Made by a program: the position numbers and the translations under genes. From Pyrodictium abyssi (GTDB lineage: Archaea > Thermoproteota > Thermoprotei_A > Sulfolobales > Pyrodictiaceae), in the NCBI RefSeq assembly GCF_036323395.1, contig NZ_AP028907.1, positions 1,740,001 through 1,772,000 on the forward strand: DNA of 32,000 nt, written 5' to 3'. Shown here in pieces: positions 1-9,676 of this stretch. How positions within the stretch are numbered: the stretch's first letter is position 1; every line of letters starts with the position of its first letter. The notes beneath the pieces are model-generated. The model was not told the DNA's origin. It saw only the letters and a list, made by a program, of their open reading frames with translations, and did no database searches.

Positions 1-523
1 GGTGCCCATCGCACCCCGGGTGACAGCAGCCTCAAAAACAAGCCTACGCCGCTGCTTCATCCACCAATTGCCCTGATAGATTATTATAAGAGTCTCATTG
101 GCCCTCGGATTCTAAGGATCCCACTACCGTGCTAAGAGTAGGCGCGCAGCCATGCCCAACGATGACGCAGCGAGGGGCCGAAGGCTAAGACCCGGCAAGA
201 GGCCATATAGTTGCATACCCGCCTACAGCACCCAAAGAGGGGGTTGCTAGGCTAGTAGCCCTGGGGCCAGTGGAGCCCCGAGAGGTGGAGGCGGCAGAGC
301 CCCATACTCTATGGCCCTCTGGCTGCGGGGAGGGGATGAGGATCTTTTCGGGGAGAGCGACCCGGGGGGCCCTCTTCTCCCGCCCCGGGGATGGCCTAGC
401 GGTTACCCAGCCGACCCCCAGCACACACGTCTTCCTAGAGCACTTGCAGCGGAGGCCAGGAGCGTAGGAGGAGCCCCGGGGACTCCTCGGGGCCGAAAAA
501 CCATGGAAGAACAGGAGGGCGGG

Positions 524-892
524 CTAGAGTACGCTCCGGATGCGCTCTCTCTGCTTCCTGAGCTCGTAGCGTAGACGGCCGAGTATAGCGCGGCGATCCG
601 CCACGATTACGACGAGCGCCTCGCCGACGTCGTCGAACAGGATGTAGTTGTTACGGTACTCGATTATAACGCCGGTTATGTCCCCGAGGTTTAGCTCGTC
701 TCCTAGACGGGTAGCTGCACCGTAGAGCGTCGTGACCATAGCCGCGAGCGAGTCCGGGTCGAAGCTCGTCTCCCCGATGAACACGTGGTCGATTATGAAG
801 CCGTCCTTGGAGACTATGGCTGCTGCCTGGACGCCCTCTATCCTCGTGAAGTCTGTGAGTACTACTCTCATGGGGGATGACACTCTAGCCAC
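524..892 (-). CDS. Roadblock/LC7 (MglB-like) domain protein; true start may be the internal Met near 871 (MRVVLTDFTRIEGVQAAAIVSKDGFIID)
   Basis: ORF of 122 aa; pattern I-x-GV-x-AA-x-IVSKDGF and the mixed alpha/beta size are typical of Roadblock/LC7 proteins. Confidence 0.8.
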   Translation of the reverse strand: MARVSSPMRVVLTDFTRIEGVQAAAIVSKDGFIIDHVFIGETSFDPDSLAAMVTTLYGAATRLGDELNLGDITGVIIEYRNNYILFDDVGEALVVIVADRRAILGRLRYELRKQRERIRSVL

Positions 893-1049
893 CAGCCTAG
901 CTATATCCAGTTAGTGGAAATAAAAATTACTATCCACGCAAGTCTTTCTTTTAGCTACTATCTTCGATTAGCCGTAGAAGCGCCGGGATAGCGGCTATCC
1001 CGCATAAGCACCCTAGGCACTGGTGCGCTACGCGCCCGGGGCCATGGGG

Positions 1050-1880
1050 CTACTCGTTCTCCCGGCTGCGCTGCCGCTCCAGAGCGCCCGCCCCGGCTAG
1101 GCCGAGCGCTGCTGCCGTAGCGCCCTCGGCCCCGAGCCCTAGCGGGTAGAATACGAGCATGTTCTTCTCCTTCGCTACCTCTATGAGTGTCTGCAGCTCC
1201 CTCAGCCGGAGCGCTGCCGGGTGCCTCTCGTAGAGCTCCGCAGCCTCTGCTAGTATCCTGGCCGCCTGGCGCTCACCCTCAGCCTCTATTATCTTGGCCC
1301 TCCTCCACCTCTCAGCCTCCGCCTGCCTCGCCATAGCCCGCACCATGCCCTCGGGCAGCAGCACCTCCTTGATAGTGACCGCCGTGACCTTGATGCCCCA
1401 GGGGTCGGTGAGCTCGTCGAGTATCTTCTGTATCTCCTTGTTCAGCTCCTCCCGCTTCGTCAGGAGGTCGTCTAGCTCGCTCCTACCTATCACGTCCCTT
1501 AGCACGGTCTGGGCGAGCATCGTGACCGCGAGGTGGTAGTTGCGGACCGATAGCACGGCCTTGAGCGGGTCCTGGACACGGTAGTACACCACAGCGTCTA
1601 CCGAGACCTCCACGTTGTCCCGGGTTATGATTCGCTGGCGTGGCACGTCAACGGTGTGTATACGCAGGTCTATTATCATTATCCTGTCTATCACAGGTAT
1701 TATGACCACGAGGCCGGGGCCCTTCACGCCTATAACGCGGCCCAGCCTGAAGACCACGGCGCGCTCGTACTCGCGTATAACCCTGATACTATAGGCGAGT
1801 ATCACTAGGACCACGAGAAGGCCCAGAGCCAAGGCTACGAAGCTTTCGAGTCCGGCTGGCACAGCTTGGCTTGTAGGCAA
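1050..1880 (-). CDS. SPFH/Band 7 (slipin/stomatin-like) membrane protein
   Basis: N-terminal TM, then IRVIREYERAVVFRLGRVIGVKGPGLVVIIPVIDRIMIIDLRIHTVDVPRQRIITRDNVEVSVDAVVYYRV, a textbook slipin motif. Confidence 0.95.
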   Translation of the reverse strand: MPTSQAVPAGLESFVALALGLLVVLVILAYSIRVIREYERAVVFRLGRVIGVKGPGLVVIIPVIDRIMIIDLRIHTVDVPRQRIITRDNVEVSVDAVVYYRVQDPLKAVLSVRNYHLAVTMLAQTVLRDVIGRSELDDLLTKREELNKEIQKILDELTDPWGIKVTAVTIKEVLLPEGMVRAMARQAEAERWRRAKIIEAEGERQAARILAEAAELYERHPAALRLRELQTLIEVAKEKNMLVFYPLGLGAEGATAAALGLAGAGALERQRSRENE

Positions 1881-2180
1881 GGCTTCTAGCCACCTACCGG
1901 CCTGTACACTCCACTGTTGTACGGCATCAGCAGGCTAATGTATTGCTTGCCCCTTCGGCTCCCGATAGGACTGCCATGGCGCTCGGCAACCGGCTACAGG
2001 ACCCGGTCATGATGGCGCATGTTGTAACTGCTTATAGCTAGGTTTTAAAGGGGTGGTATAGCTAGTTCACCCGCCTAGGCCCCGAGGGGCCCGGGGGTAA
2101 CGCAGCAGGCCCCCCAGGCCAGTTGGCCTCTGTAGCAGCTGCTACGGGGTGGAGGCTGTGGAGTTGGATTCGCGGAGGCT

Positions 2181-3098
2181 GTGAGGAGAAGAGGCCCCCT
2201 GGACCCGCTGGGCTGCGTGTTCTGCCTAGTGTATGGTAGGCTCCAGCCCCTGGCCGGCGACCGTGGAAAGCAGGCCAGGATACTGGCTAAGGCTGCGGAG
2301 CTCGTCGCGCGGTGGCCTAGCCGCACCACAGTGTTCGTCGAGAGCTACGACTACCTCGAGAAGCTAGTAGGGGTCTACAACCTGTACCGTGAGCGTAAGG
2401 AGGCCCTGAACAAGGCCGCGCTGGAGACGCTCGAGGCCCTAGACCCCAGCTCCATGTCTGTGGCCGAGCTGTTCTCGTTCATGGCTGCTGCTAACGGCGT
2501 GGACATACCTATGCCCGGCTACACCCCGGGGATAGAGAAGCTGATACGCGGGCTACGGGATAAGCCGGTTTGGCTCGGCCTGTCGGAGGAGGCTGCGGAG
2601 AGGCTCCTCGGCGCCGCTGAGAGAATTGTGGTTGTGCTGGATAACGCTGGCGAGGCTGTGTTCGACATAGCTGCCGCGGCCGAGCTGTCTAGGAGGAGTG
2701 GTAAGCCGCTCTACATCGTGGCTAGGGGCGAGCCCTACGAGGTCGATGTGACCCTCGAGGAGGCTGTGGGCCTTGCCGCGAAGCTTGCGCCGAGGGCGCG
2801 GGTGGTTAGCACTGGCGGCAGGTACCCCGTGTTCCACCCGAGGGCCCCTGCGGAGGCTCGGAGGCTGCTAGGGCGTGGCTCACTAGTCCTCGTCAAGGGT
2901 ATTGCTAACCTCGAGGCGTTCCTAGACTACCCGGAGTCCGTGGAGGGGAATGGAGCCGTGGTGTTCCTGCTGAGGGCCAAGTGCGAGCCGCTAGCAAGGC
3001 TGTTCGGTGTGGGCCGCGCCGAGCCGGTGGTGGCGGCGCCCGCGTGGCTGCTGAGGAGGGTCCAAGAGCTGGCGGCCAGCAGGGCTGCCAGCCCCTAG
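2181..3098 (+). CDS. DUF89/ARMT1-like damage-control phosphatase family protein
   Basis: GTG start; motif VVVLDNAGEAVFDIAAAAEL and C-terminal LVLVKGIANLEAF...VFLLRAKCEPLARLFGV match the DUF89 family. Confidence 0.85.
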   Translation: MRRRGPLDPLGCVFCLVYGRLQPLAGDRGKQARILAKAAELVARWPSRTTVFVESYDYLEKLVGVYNLYRERKEALNKAALETLEALDPSSMSVAELFSFMAAANGVDIPMPGYTPGIEKLIRGLRDKPVWLGLSEEAAERLLGAAERIVVVLDNAGEAVFDIAAAAELSRRSGKPLYIVARGEPYEVDVTLEEAVGLAAKLAPRARVVSTGGRYPVFHPRAPAEARRLLGRGSLVLVKGIANLEAFLDYPESVEGNGAVVFLLRAKCEPLARLFGVGRAEPVVAAPAWLLRRVQELAASRAASP

Positions 3099-3150
3099 CC
3101 CCCGTGGGGCTAGCTCTTTAGACCCCCGGCCCGGCTCTTGCAGCAGTCAT

Positions 3151-4002
3151 GTGGTGGAGTGGGCCCTGGCTGTGCTGCGTATAGCCCATACTCCTGACCC
3201 GGACGACGCCTACATGTTCTATGGCCTGGTCTCCGGGGCTGTCAGGGTCCAGGGGTTCGACAGGGTAGAGGACATAGTAGAGGACATCGAGACTCTTAAC
3301 CGCCGTATTGTCGAGGAGGGCTGGGACATCGAGGTTAGCGCTGCTAGTGCCCACGCCTACGCGTACATGGCTGACCGCTACTACGTGATGGTGGCCGGGG
3401 CTAGTATGGGCGAGGGCTACGGCCCGGTAGTGGTCTCGCGGAGGCACATGAGCAGCCTGGAGGGCGCGAGGGTCGCTGTGCCCGGCAGGTATACGACGGC
3501 GCGGCTCCTCCTAAGGCTGGCGACGGGTGGGGGCTACCGGGAGGTGTTCGCGAGGTTCGACAGGATACCCGACATGGTTCTCCGGGGCGAGGTCGACGCC
3601 GGGCTGCTTATCCACGAGGCCCAGCTCACCTACCACGAGATGGGGCTTGTGAAGGTCCTCGACCTCTGGGAGTGGTGGAGCAGTGTGGCCCCCGGGCTCC
3701 CTATGCCGCTGGGCGTAGACGTTGTCTCCAAGAGGCTCGGCGCCGAGGCTGCTAGGGCCGTGAGGGAGGCCCTGCAGGAGAGCATAAGGTACGCGTGGAG
3801 CCACCACGAGGAGGCACTGCGCTATGCTAGTAGGTTTGCGCGCAGCGGCAGCATGGAGCAGCTCAGCAGGTTCGTGAGGATGTACGTCAACGAGCGCACG
3901 CTAGACATGGGGCCGGAGGGGCGCCGGGCGCACAGGCTCCTCTACGAGATGGCGTGGGACGAGAAGCTCATACCTGAGCTTGTTGAGCCCGAGTTCGTCT
4001 AG
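3151..4002 (+). CDS. MqnA/MqnD-type solute-binding-fold protein (possible futalosine-pathway menaquinone enzyme)
   Basis: LRIAHTPDPDDAYMFYGL, SAASAHAYAYMADRYYVM, GARVAVPGRYTTARLLLRL resemble the MqnA/MqnD/SBP family. Confidence 0.75.
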   Translation: MVEWALAVLRIAHTPDPDDAYMFYGLVSGAVRVQGFDRVEDIVEDIETLNRRIVEEGWDIEVSAASAHAYAYMADRYYVMVAGASMGEGYGPVVVSRRHMSSLEGARVAVPGRYTTARLLLRLATGGGYREVFARFDRIPDMVLRGEVDAGLLIHEAQLTYHEMGLVKVLDLWEWWSSVAPGLPMPLGVDVVSKRLGAEAARAVREALQESIRYAWSHHEEALRYASRFARSGSMEQLSRFVRMYVNERTLDMGPEGRRAHRLLYEMAWDEKLIPELVEPEFV

Positions 4003-4130
4003 CCCCGTGGCTGGTCTTCCGCCCCACAGTGGCTCTCTTCTCCCCTGGGGGCTCTTTCCAGGAGCCCGTGTAGACCCCTGGGTGCGGGTTTCGCTCCCGG
4101 CTCTTCCGTAGATTCTTTCACCCCAGCACC

Positions 4131-5681
4131 TTGAATCAGCACCTTCGGGTCTATAGCCCCGCACCGGTAACGGGGGCGCGCAGAGCCTTGAGCGAGCAGA
4201 ACGGGTGCAGCAACGGTATAGCATGCCTAGGCGGCGTGGGAGGCCCGTGGCCGCGCCGGCTACGGGTAGGCCTGCTGGACTCTACGCTGCGCGAGGGTGA
4301 GCAGACTCCCGGCGTGAGTTTCACTGTGGAGCAGAAGCTCGAGATAGCCAGGCTGCTAGACGAGGCAGGCGTCTCGATGATAGAGGCGGGCCACCCGAAC
4401 GTGGCCCCAGACGTGTACGAGGCGGTGAAGCGCATCATAGGGCTGAAGAGGGAGGGTGTGATAAGGCGCGCAGAGATAGTGGCCCACAGCAGGGCTGTGA
4501 AGAAGGACATAGAGGTGGCGGCTGAGCTCGAGCCGGACCGTATAGCGATATTCTACGGTGTCAGCGACATCCACCTCAGGTACAAGCACCGGGTCTCCCG
4601 CGAGGAGGCCCTATCGATCATAGGGGAGGTCATCGAGTACGCTCGCCAGTACGGGGTAAAGGTACGCTTCACAGCCGAGGACGCCACACGGGCCGACTAC
4701 GGCTTCCTCCTGGAGGCTGTCCGCACAGCCCGCGAAGCGGGGGCAGACCGCGTGTCCATAGCCGACACCGTGGGCATCGCTACGCCCTACGCTATACGCA
4801 GGCTCTTCGAGAGGCTCACCTCCGACGAGCCCGGGGTAGAGTACGATATCCACGCGCACAACGACCTCGGGATGGCGGTGGCGAATAGCTTAGCGGCCGT
4901 AGAGGGCGGCGCCACGATAATACACGTTACCGTGAACGGGCTCGGCGAGAGGGCTGGCATAGCCCCGCTCGAGCAGGTAGCAGTGGCCCTCAAGCGCCAC
5001 TACGGGGTAGACGTTGTCGACCTCCGCCGCGTGGTCCGCCTCTCTAGGCTAGTCGAGAGGTACAGCGGCATACCAGTGCCGCCTACCGCTCCCGTGGTGG
5101 GCGAGAACGCCTTCGTGCACAAGGCCGGTGTCCACGTGGCCGGTGTGCTCGCTAACCCCGAGACCTACGAGCCTTATCCCCCGGAGTGGGTGGGTAGGAG
5201 CCGCGACTACACTATAGACAAGTACACGGGGCGCCGCGCGCTACAGGCCCGGCTCGAGAGGCTGGGCGTAAGGGTCTCCGACGAGGAGCTAGTAGAGATA
5301 CTCAAGAGGGTTAAGCAGCGTGCCAGTGCCCGGTGGCTACGGGACGAGGACCTCCTTGAGATCGCGGAGGAGGTTACGGGCCGCGCCCTGAGGCCGAGGC
5401 CCCCGGAGGAGATAGAGGCTCTTGTCACCGTGAAGTGCGAGGCTAACATCTACACGACTAGCGTGGCTAGGCGGCTCAGCATCATACCCGGCGTAGAGGA
5501 GGTCGCCGAGGTCACGGGCGAGAACGATATCCTGCTCCGCGTGAGGGCTAAGAGCCCGGTAGAGCTCAACCAGGTGGTTGAGGCGATACGCAGTACACGG
5601 GGCGTACGGGAGACCTATACCATGCTAGTCCTACGCCGTATACCCATGAGCGGCGGGAATGGCGGCCAGCGGCAGCAGTAG
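4131..5681 (+). CDS. Homocitrate synthase / 2-isopropylmalate synthase family protein with C-terminal RAM (Lrp/AsnC-type) domain; real start probably about 4236 (GTG)
   Basis: LLDSTLREGEQTPGVSF, YDIHAHNDLGMAVANSLAAVEGGA, NGLGERAGIAPLEQV, GENAFVHKAGVHVAG. C-terminal ALVTVKCEANIYTTSVARRLSIIPGVEEVAEVTGENDILLRVRAKSPVELN is RAM-like, as in archaeal homocitrate synthases. Confidence 0.9.
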   Translation: MNQHLRVYSPAPVTGARRALSEQNGCSNGIACLGGVGGPWPRRLRVGLLDSTLREGEQTPGVSFTVEQKLEIARLLDEAGVSMIEAGHPNVAPDVYEAVKRIIGLKREGVIRRAEIVAHSRAVKKDIEVAAELEPDRIAIFYGVSDIHLRYKHRVSREEALSIIGEVIEYARQYGVKVRFTAEDATRADYGFLLEAVRTAREAGADRVSIADTVGIATPYAIRRLFERLTSDEPGVEYDIHAHNDLGMAVANSLAAVEGGATIIHVTVNGLGERAGIAPLEQVAVALKRHYGVDVVDLRRVVRLSRLVERYSGIPVPPTAPVVGENAFVHKAGVHVAGVLANPETYEPYPPEWVGRSRDYTIDKYTGRRALQARLERLGVRVSDEELVEILKRVKQRASARWLRDEDLLEIAEEVTGRALRPRPPEEIEALVTVKCEANIYTTSVARRLSIIPGVEEVAEVTGENDILLRVRAKSPVELNQVVEAIRSTRGVRETYTMLVLRRIPMSGGNGGQRQQ

Positions 5682-5895
5682 CCGCCCCCACGGTATGGAG
5701 CCGCGCCGTCTACCCTCCTGTTTCTCGGCTGCGTGCCCCCCCCGGCTTCTACGCCCGTGGAAGAGTTTATGAGGAGCCGTAGCCCTATTAGCCTCTGTAG
5801 GGCCTGGGGCGTCTCTGTGTCCTCTAGAGCCCCGGGGGCAGCGGTGCTCTTCTAAAGCACGGAGAGGTAATATAGTATAAGAGGGGAGTAGGGCT

Positions 5896-6339
5896 GTGAG
5901 CAGACCAGGTGAGGTACGCGTGATAGACTACGCTTTCCTCAAGCAGCTTGACGAGTGGGTTCGTATGCAGAAGAAGCTGCTGGAGACGTTTAAGGAGACT
6001 GCTGAGAAGGTAGAGCAGGGCGACCGGCTGGACCTTATAGTGGCCACGAGGGCGGCGTTCCAGCACATGATAAGGACCATCAAGGCGTTCGACAACTGGC
6101 TGCAGGACCCGGTCATAATAGCGCACGTACCCAGGGAGATGCTGCTAGAGGTCTGGAAGGTTATGTATGATGTGCTACAGCAGCTCCTCGAGATAGACAT
6201 CAAGCACACGAGCGACGTGAGGAACCTCCTGGAGGAGCTAGCCCGGGAGGGTAAGCTCAACCCGCTCGTAGCAACGGTGAAGCAGACGGGTGATGAGGAC
6301 GAGTCTGCGAGCAGGAGGCCGCCAACAATGATGATATAA
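5896..6339 (+). CDS. Small all-alpha crenarchaeal protein (possibly DUF2153-like)
   Basis: 147-aa charged helical ORF with consistent coding character; family name is tentative. Confidence 0.65.
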   Translation: MSRPGEVRVIDYAFLKQLDEWVRMQKKLLETFKETAEKVEQGDRLDLIVATRAAFQHMIRTIKAFDNWLQDPVIIAHVPREMLLEVWKVMYDVLQQLLEIDIKHTSDVRNLLEELAREGKLNPLVATVKQTGDEDESASRRPPTMMI

Positions 6340-6387
6340 TGTGGCCCCTGTGCCGCCTCTCTCCTCCCTCTCTTTGCGCGCGCCTAG

Positions 6388-7020
6388 CTACGCTGGTTCT
6401 AGGCGCTCCCCCGTCGCCACGTAGTAGGCAGCAGACGCTATGTAGACTGCGTGGTCGGCTATCCTCTCTAGGTGGCGGAGGAGTAGTAGTCTGGCCACCT
6501 CGCAGCGGTCTAGGCTCTCGCTCCCGGAGAGGCTGTCGAGAGCCTCTATGTAGGCCCGGTCTATCTCCTCGTCTAGTGCTAGCACCGAGCGGGCCCGGCT
6601 GGAGTCCTCGCTCTGGAGCGCCATGTAGGCCATGGAGAGCATCTCCTCGACCTTCTCGCGCAGCCTAGAGGCCTCCCCCGCCGTTGAGGAGCAGCCGCGG
6701 GGCATGCGCTCGTACAGCCTGGCTATCTCTAGCGCGTAGCGCGATACCCGGAAGAGGTCGTAGGAGGCCTCCATGTAGGCTGTTATCCTCCGGAGGTCGC
6801 TGGCCATAGGCTGGAACCTTGCTAGGGCCTCCACGGACTTCTCTACTATCCTCTGGCGTAGCCTCCCAGCCTCCCTGCTGTGCTCTACTACTCCGCCAGC
6901 GTCCCTCTCGTCGCCGGATACCAGCTTCATCGCCTTGTCGAGCGCTGCTAGGGCCTCGTCGAACAGCCTATCGAGCAGCCCGGCTATATCCGATAGGACT
7001 ACCTCTATCGGCCTAGTCAA
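6388..7020 (-). CDS. PhoU-like phosphate-signalling domain protein
   Basis: Helical protein containing LLLLRHLERIADHAVYIASAAYYVATGE, the PhoU signature (R-x-LERI-x-DHA). Confidence 0.85.
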   Translation of the reverse strand: MTRPIEVVLSDIAGLLDRLFDEALAALDKAMKLVSGDERDAGGVVEHSREAGRLRQRIVEKSVEALARFQPMASDLRRITAYMEASYDLFRVSRYALEIARLYERMPRGCSSTAGEASRLREKVEEMLSMAYMALQSEDSSRARSVLALDEEIDRAYIEALDSLSGSESLDRCEVARLLLLRHLERIADHAVYIASAAYYVATGERLEPA

Positions 7021-7174
7021 GGCTACCTCCCCGAGGTGCCCTCTAGCGAGCTGTGGAATGTAGCGTAGGCGCGGCCGTCCTTACATAGCTTGTCTCCCCA
7101 GGGCTACACTATATACGTTAGCCTAGAGGTGTACCCGGAGGAGGGGTGGCCGCTCCACGGCGAAGCCAGGCGCT

Positions 7175-7657
7175 GTGTTGAGGCTCCCGCCGCGGGTGAA
7201 GGTTCTTGAAGCCCTGGGCGCTGTCGCCGACGGCCGTGTCGTGGAGCTCCGGGAGAGGCTCTACCGGGTGGCTAGCAGCGAGGGGGACCGCTGGTACCTA
7301 GTGTACGTCGACCCGGAGCAGCGGCTGGCGTACAGCGATGACAACGGGACGCGGTACAGGGGCTACGTAGGGTACCCGATAATAGCCGTGCTTATGCTCC
7401 AGGGCCGTCTGCCGTTCGACGACAGGGTGGCTAGGGCTCTACGGAACATCCCCTGGAGGAGGCTCAACGAGAGGTACCGGAGGTACGCTCTGGTCGAGCA
7501 GCACGTCAAGAGGCTAGCCGCCGAGAGGGGCGTAGAGCCCAGCGAGCTGGATGGGCTCGTTTCGCGGGTCCTCCAGGCTCTACGCGGGCTAGGGCTACGC
7601 TACACCGGTTCACCACCACTAGTCCCCGGAGGCGGCCACAGTGCCGGCAGAGAGTAG
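7175..7657 (+). CDS. Conserved hypothetical protein (160 aa)
   Basis: ORF with an organised N-terminal beta region (VVELRERLYRVASSEGDRWYLVYVDPEQRLAYSDDNGTRYRGYVGYPIIAVLMLQGRL); overlaps the next gene start by a few bases. Confidence 0.6.
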   Translation: MLRLPPRVKVLEALGAVADGRVVELRERLYRVASSEGDRWYLVYVDPEQRLAYSDDNGTRYRGYVGYPIIAVLMLQGRLPFDDRVARALRNIPWRRLNERYRRYALVEQHVKRLAAERGVEPSELDGLVSRVLQALRGLGLRYTGSPPLVPGGGHSAGRE

Positions 7658-7937
7658 CGACGTCTGCAGGGTGGTAAGGGCGCTAGCGAGCCGGGGCATA
7701 GCGTCCGCCGAGTACCTGGCTGCTGTTACGGGTCTCCCCCGCCACCGGGTGGAGATGGTGCTAGCGCTGCTTGAGGCTAGCCGGCTAGTAGAGAGGGTAG
7801 ACCCCGCCGGCGGGAGCCCGTGTAGTAGGTGCCCCCTGGCCGGGCTCTGCGGCGCAGGGCCCGGAGCCGGAGCGGGGAGGAGGACCAGTTTCTACCGGCT
7901 GGCCCGGCTCGCGCTAGAAGCCTGCAAGGAGGAGTAG
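7641..7937 (+). CDS. Small winged-helix-like protein with a cysteine cluster
   Basis: VVRALASRGIASAEYLAAVTGLPRHRVEMVLALLEASRLVERV (HTH) followed by CSRCPLAGLC. Confidence 0.6.
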   Translation: MPAESSDVCRVVRALASRGIASAEYLAAVTGLPRHRVEMVLALLEASRLVERVDPAGGSPCSRCPLAGLCGAGPGAGAGRRTSFYRLARLALEACKEE

Positions 7938-8861
7938 CCTGTCCACCACCACCCCGGTGCCCGCTACCACGCCTACTGCTAGGTTGAGGTTGAAGGCCCT
8001 GGGCACCGCGTCTACGCCGTGCCTCGCTAGTAGCAGGTGCTGGTAGGCTATCAGCAGCGAGGCTAGTAGGAGCGAGGCTAGCGCGACTGGGCCTAGCCCG
8101 TAGGCGGGGACTGAGGCTAGTAGCAGGGCTATGCTGGCGGCGTGCATGAGCCTGGAGGCCCAGAGGGCGTCCCTGAGCCCTAGCCGCGCGGGTATACTCC
8201 CCAGGCCCATCCTCCGGTCGAACTCCATGTCCATTACGGCGTAGAACGTGTCGAAGCCGGCCACCCAGAGGGAGACAGCCGCGACGTAGAGCCAGGGTAC
8301 GCGGCCCAGTACGTCGCCGAGGCTGGCTGCATGGGCTCCGTAGGCTGCTACCGCGCCGCCTAGGACTACTGTGCCGAGCACTAGGCCTAGGTGTAGGTGG
8401 GGGAGCCAGTGCAGCCTCTTAGCGTGCGGGTAGCTGAGGGCAGCAGCCCAGAGCACCGGGGCCAGCATCAGCGCGTACCTGTTGAGCAGCGCGGCCGAGG
8501 CGTAGTAGAGGGCGGAGCCGGCCGCTACCGCTGCCCAGGCGTCGCGGAGGCTCACAGCCCCGGTGACTAGCGGCCTGCCCCGGGTGCGCGGGTTAGCCCT
8601 GTCTATGTCCAGGTCCGCGATGTTGTTGTACGCCATGGCCGCTGTGCGTAGGCCTAGCAGGGCCAGCGCTATCAGGATGGAGGTGCGGGCGTCGAGGCAC
8701 TCTAGACACGCTAGGACCGCGCCCGCGTAGGCGAAGGGTAGGCTGAACAGCGTGTGCTCTATCCGGACTAGCCTCATAACGGCGTGTAGGCGCGAGCCCC
8801 TGCTGGTCCTCCCCGGGTCCCAGCCGCCGCTCTGCACAGCCCCTGCAGCCCCCGCGTACAC
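7914..8861 (-). CDS. UbiA-family prenyltransferase (4-hydroxybenzoate polyprenyltransferase-like)
   Basis: Multi-TM protein with YNNIADLDIDRANPRTRGRPLVTG and the second aspartate motif YAVMDMEFDRRMGLGSIPARLG. Confidence 0.93.
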   Translation of the reverse strand: MYAGAAGAVQSGGWDPGRTSRGSRLHAVMRLVRIEHTLFSLPFAYAGAVLACLECLDARTSILIALALLGLRTAAMAYNNIADLDIDRANPRTRGRPLVTGAVSLRDAWAAVAAGSALYYASAALLNRYALMLAPVLWAAALSYPHAKRLHWLPHLHLGLVLGTVVLGGAVAAYGAHAASLGDVLGRVPWLYVAAVSLWVAGFDTFYAVMDMEFDRRMGLGSIPARLGLRDALWASRLMHAASIALLLASVPAYGLGPVALASLLLASLLIAYQHLLLARHGVDAVPRAFNLNLAVGVVAGTGVVVDRLLLLAGF

Positions 8862-9146
8862 CCTGGCCGATGAGAGGTGCCTGGGGCGCGTGGAGCCAAA
8901 TAGAAGCCTCTGCCTTTGTCGTTCGGAAGGAATTAGAGCCGCGTCTGCCGTGCTTAGAGCCTACGCGTTTCCTCAGGGGCTTCTCACGACACCTTCAGAG
9001 CCCTGCAATCGCTGGGGTCAGTCCCAGACGCGCTAAGTAGCACTAAGCCCGGCCAGCTGAGCTCTCCCGGGGGTATAAGGAGCAGAGACTGTGAGTGCAT
9101 GGGCTAGCTGCTGTGCTGCTGAGCGTGTTCACGGCGACCAGCTTTC

Positions 9147-9551
9147 TCAACGGCTAGTAGCTCGTACAGCTTGTCTATTCTCTTGTTTGTCTCCTCTGGC
9201 TAGCTGCTCGCGCGCCTCGTCTATGTGGCGGGAAAGCTCTTTGTATGCTACGTCTATCCTCTGGGATAGCTCCCTATGCATCATGTCCATCCCCTTATTG
9301 GTTTCATCGATACGCTTGTTAGTACCATCTATCCTTCCTTCTAGCGTCCCCATCCTCTCTAGTAGTTCTCTCCTCGTAGCTTCTATCCTCTCTCCTAGCT
9401 CTCTCCGGGTCTCGCGCAGCTCGTTGCACAGGAGGTCCAGGTAGAGCAGCAGTATTTCCTCCGTGGAGAGCTTCTTGCCCTTCTCGAGCTTCTTCACTAT
9501 CGCCTGTGATATCTGGCTCAACAGCGTCTGGAGGATAGTCTGCTCAGCCAA
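9147..9551 (-). CDS. Coiled-coil hypothetical protein (134 aa)
   Basis: Heptad-rich LCNELRETRRELGERIEATRRELLERMGTLEGRIDGTNKRIDETNKGM; chosen over the antisense ORF 9091..9444 because of composition. Confidence 0.6.
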   Translation of the reverse strand: MAEQTILQTLLSQISQAIVKKLEKGKKLSTEEILLLYLDLLCNELRETRRELGERIEATRRELLERMGTLEGRIDGTNKRIDETNKGMDMMHRELSQRIDVAYKELSRHIDEAREQLARGDKQENRQAVRATSR

Positions 9552-9676
9552 GCGTCCAGGCCCCGCGTACCGTATACAGCGTCTCTACTGTCTTTAAGAT
9601 ACACTCTACCACGAGCACGAACAGCCGGGGAAAGAACCACGGAGAGACCGGTTCTCTAACAGAGGTACGGTAAGCC

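Noticed and set aside
1-500. Overlapping short ORFs (185..424 -, 270..467 +, 311..574 +)
   Set aside because: Composition-driven, mutually overlapping, no motif; left unannotated.
9091-9444. Plus-strand ORF of 117 aa
   Set aside because: Ser/Leu-rich antisense shadow of the more credible minus-strand coiled-coil gene 9147-9551.
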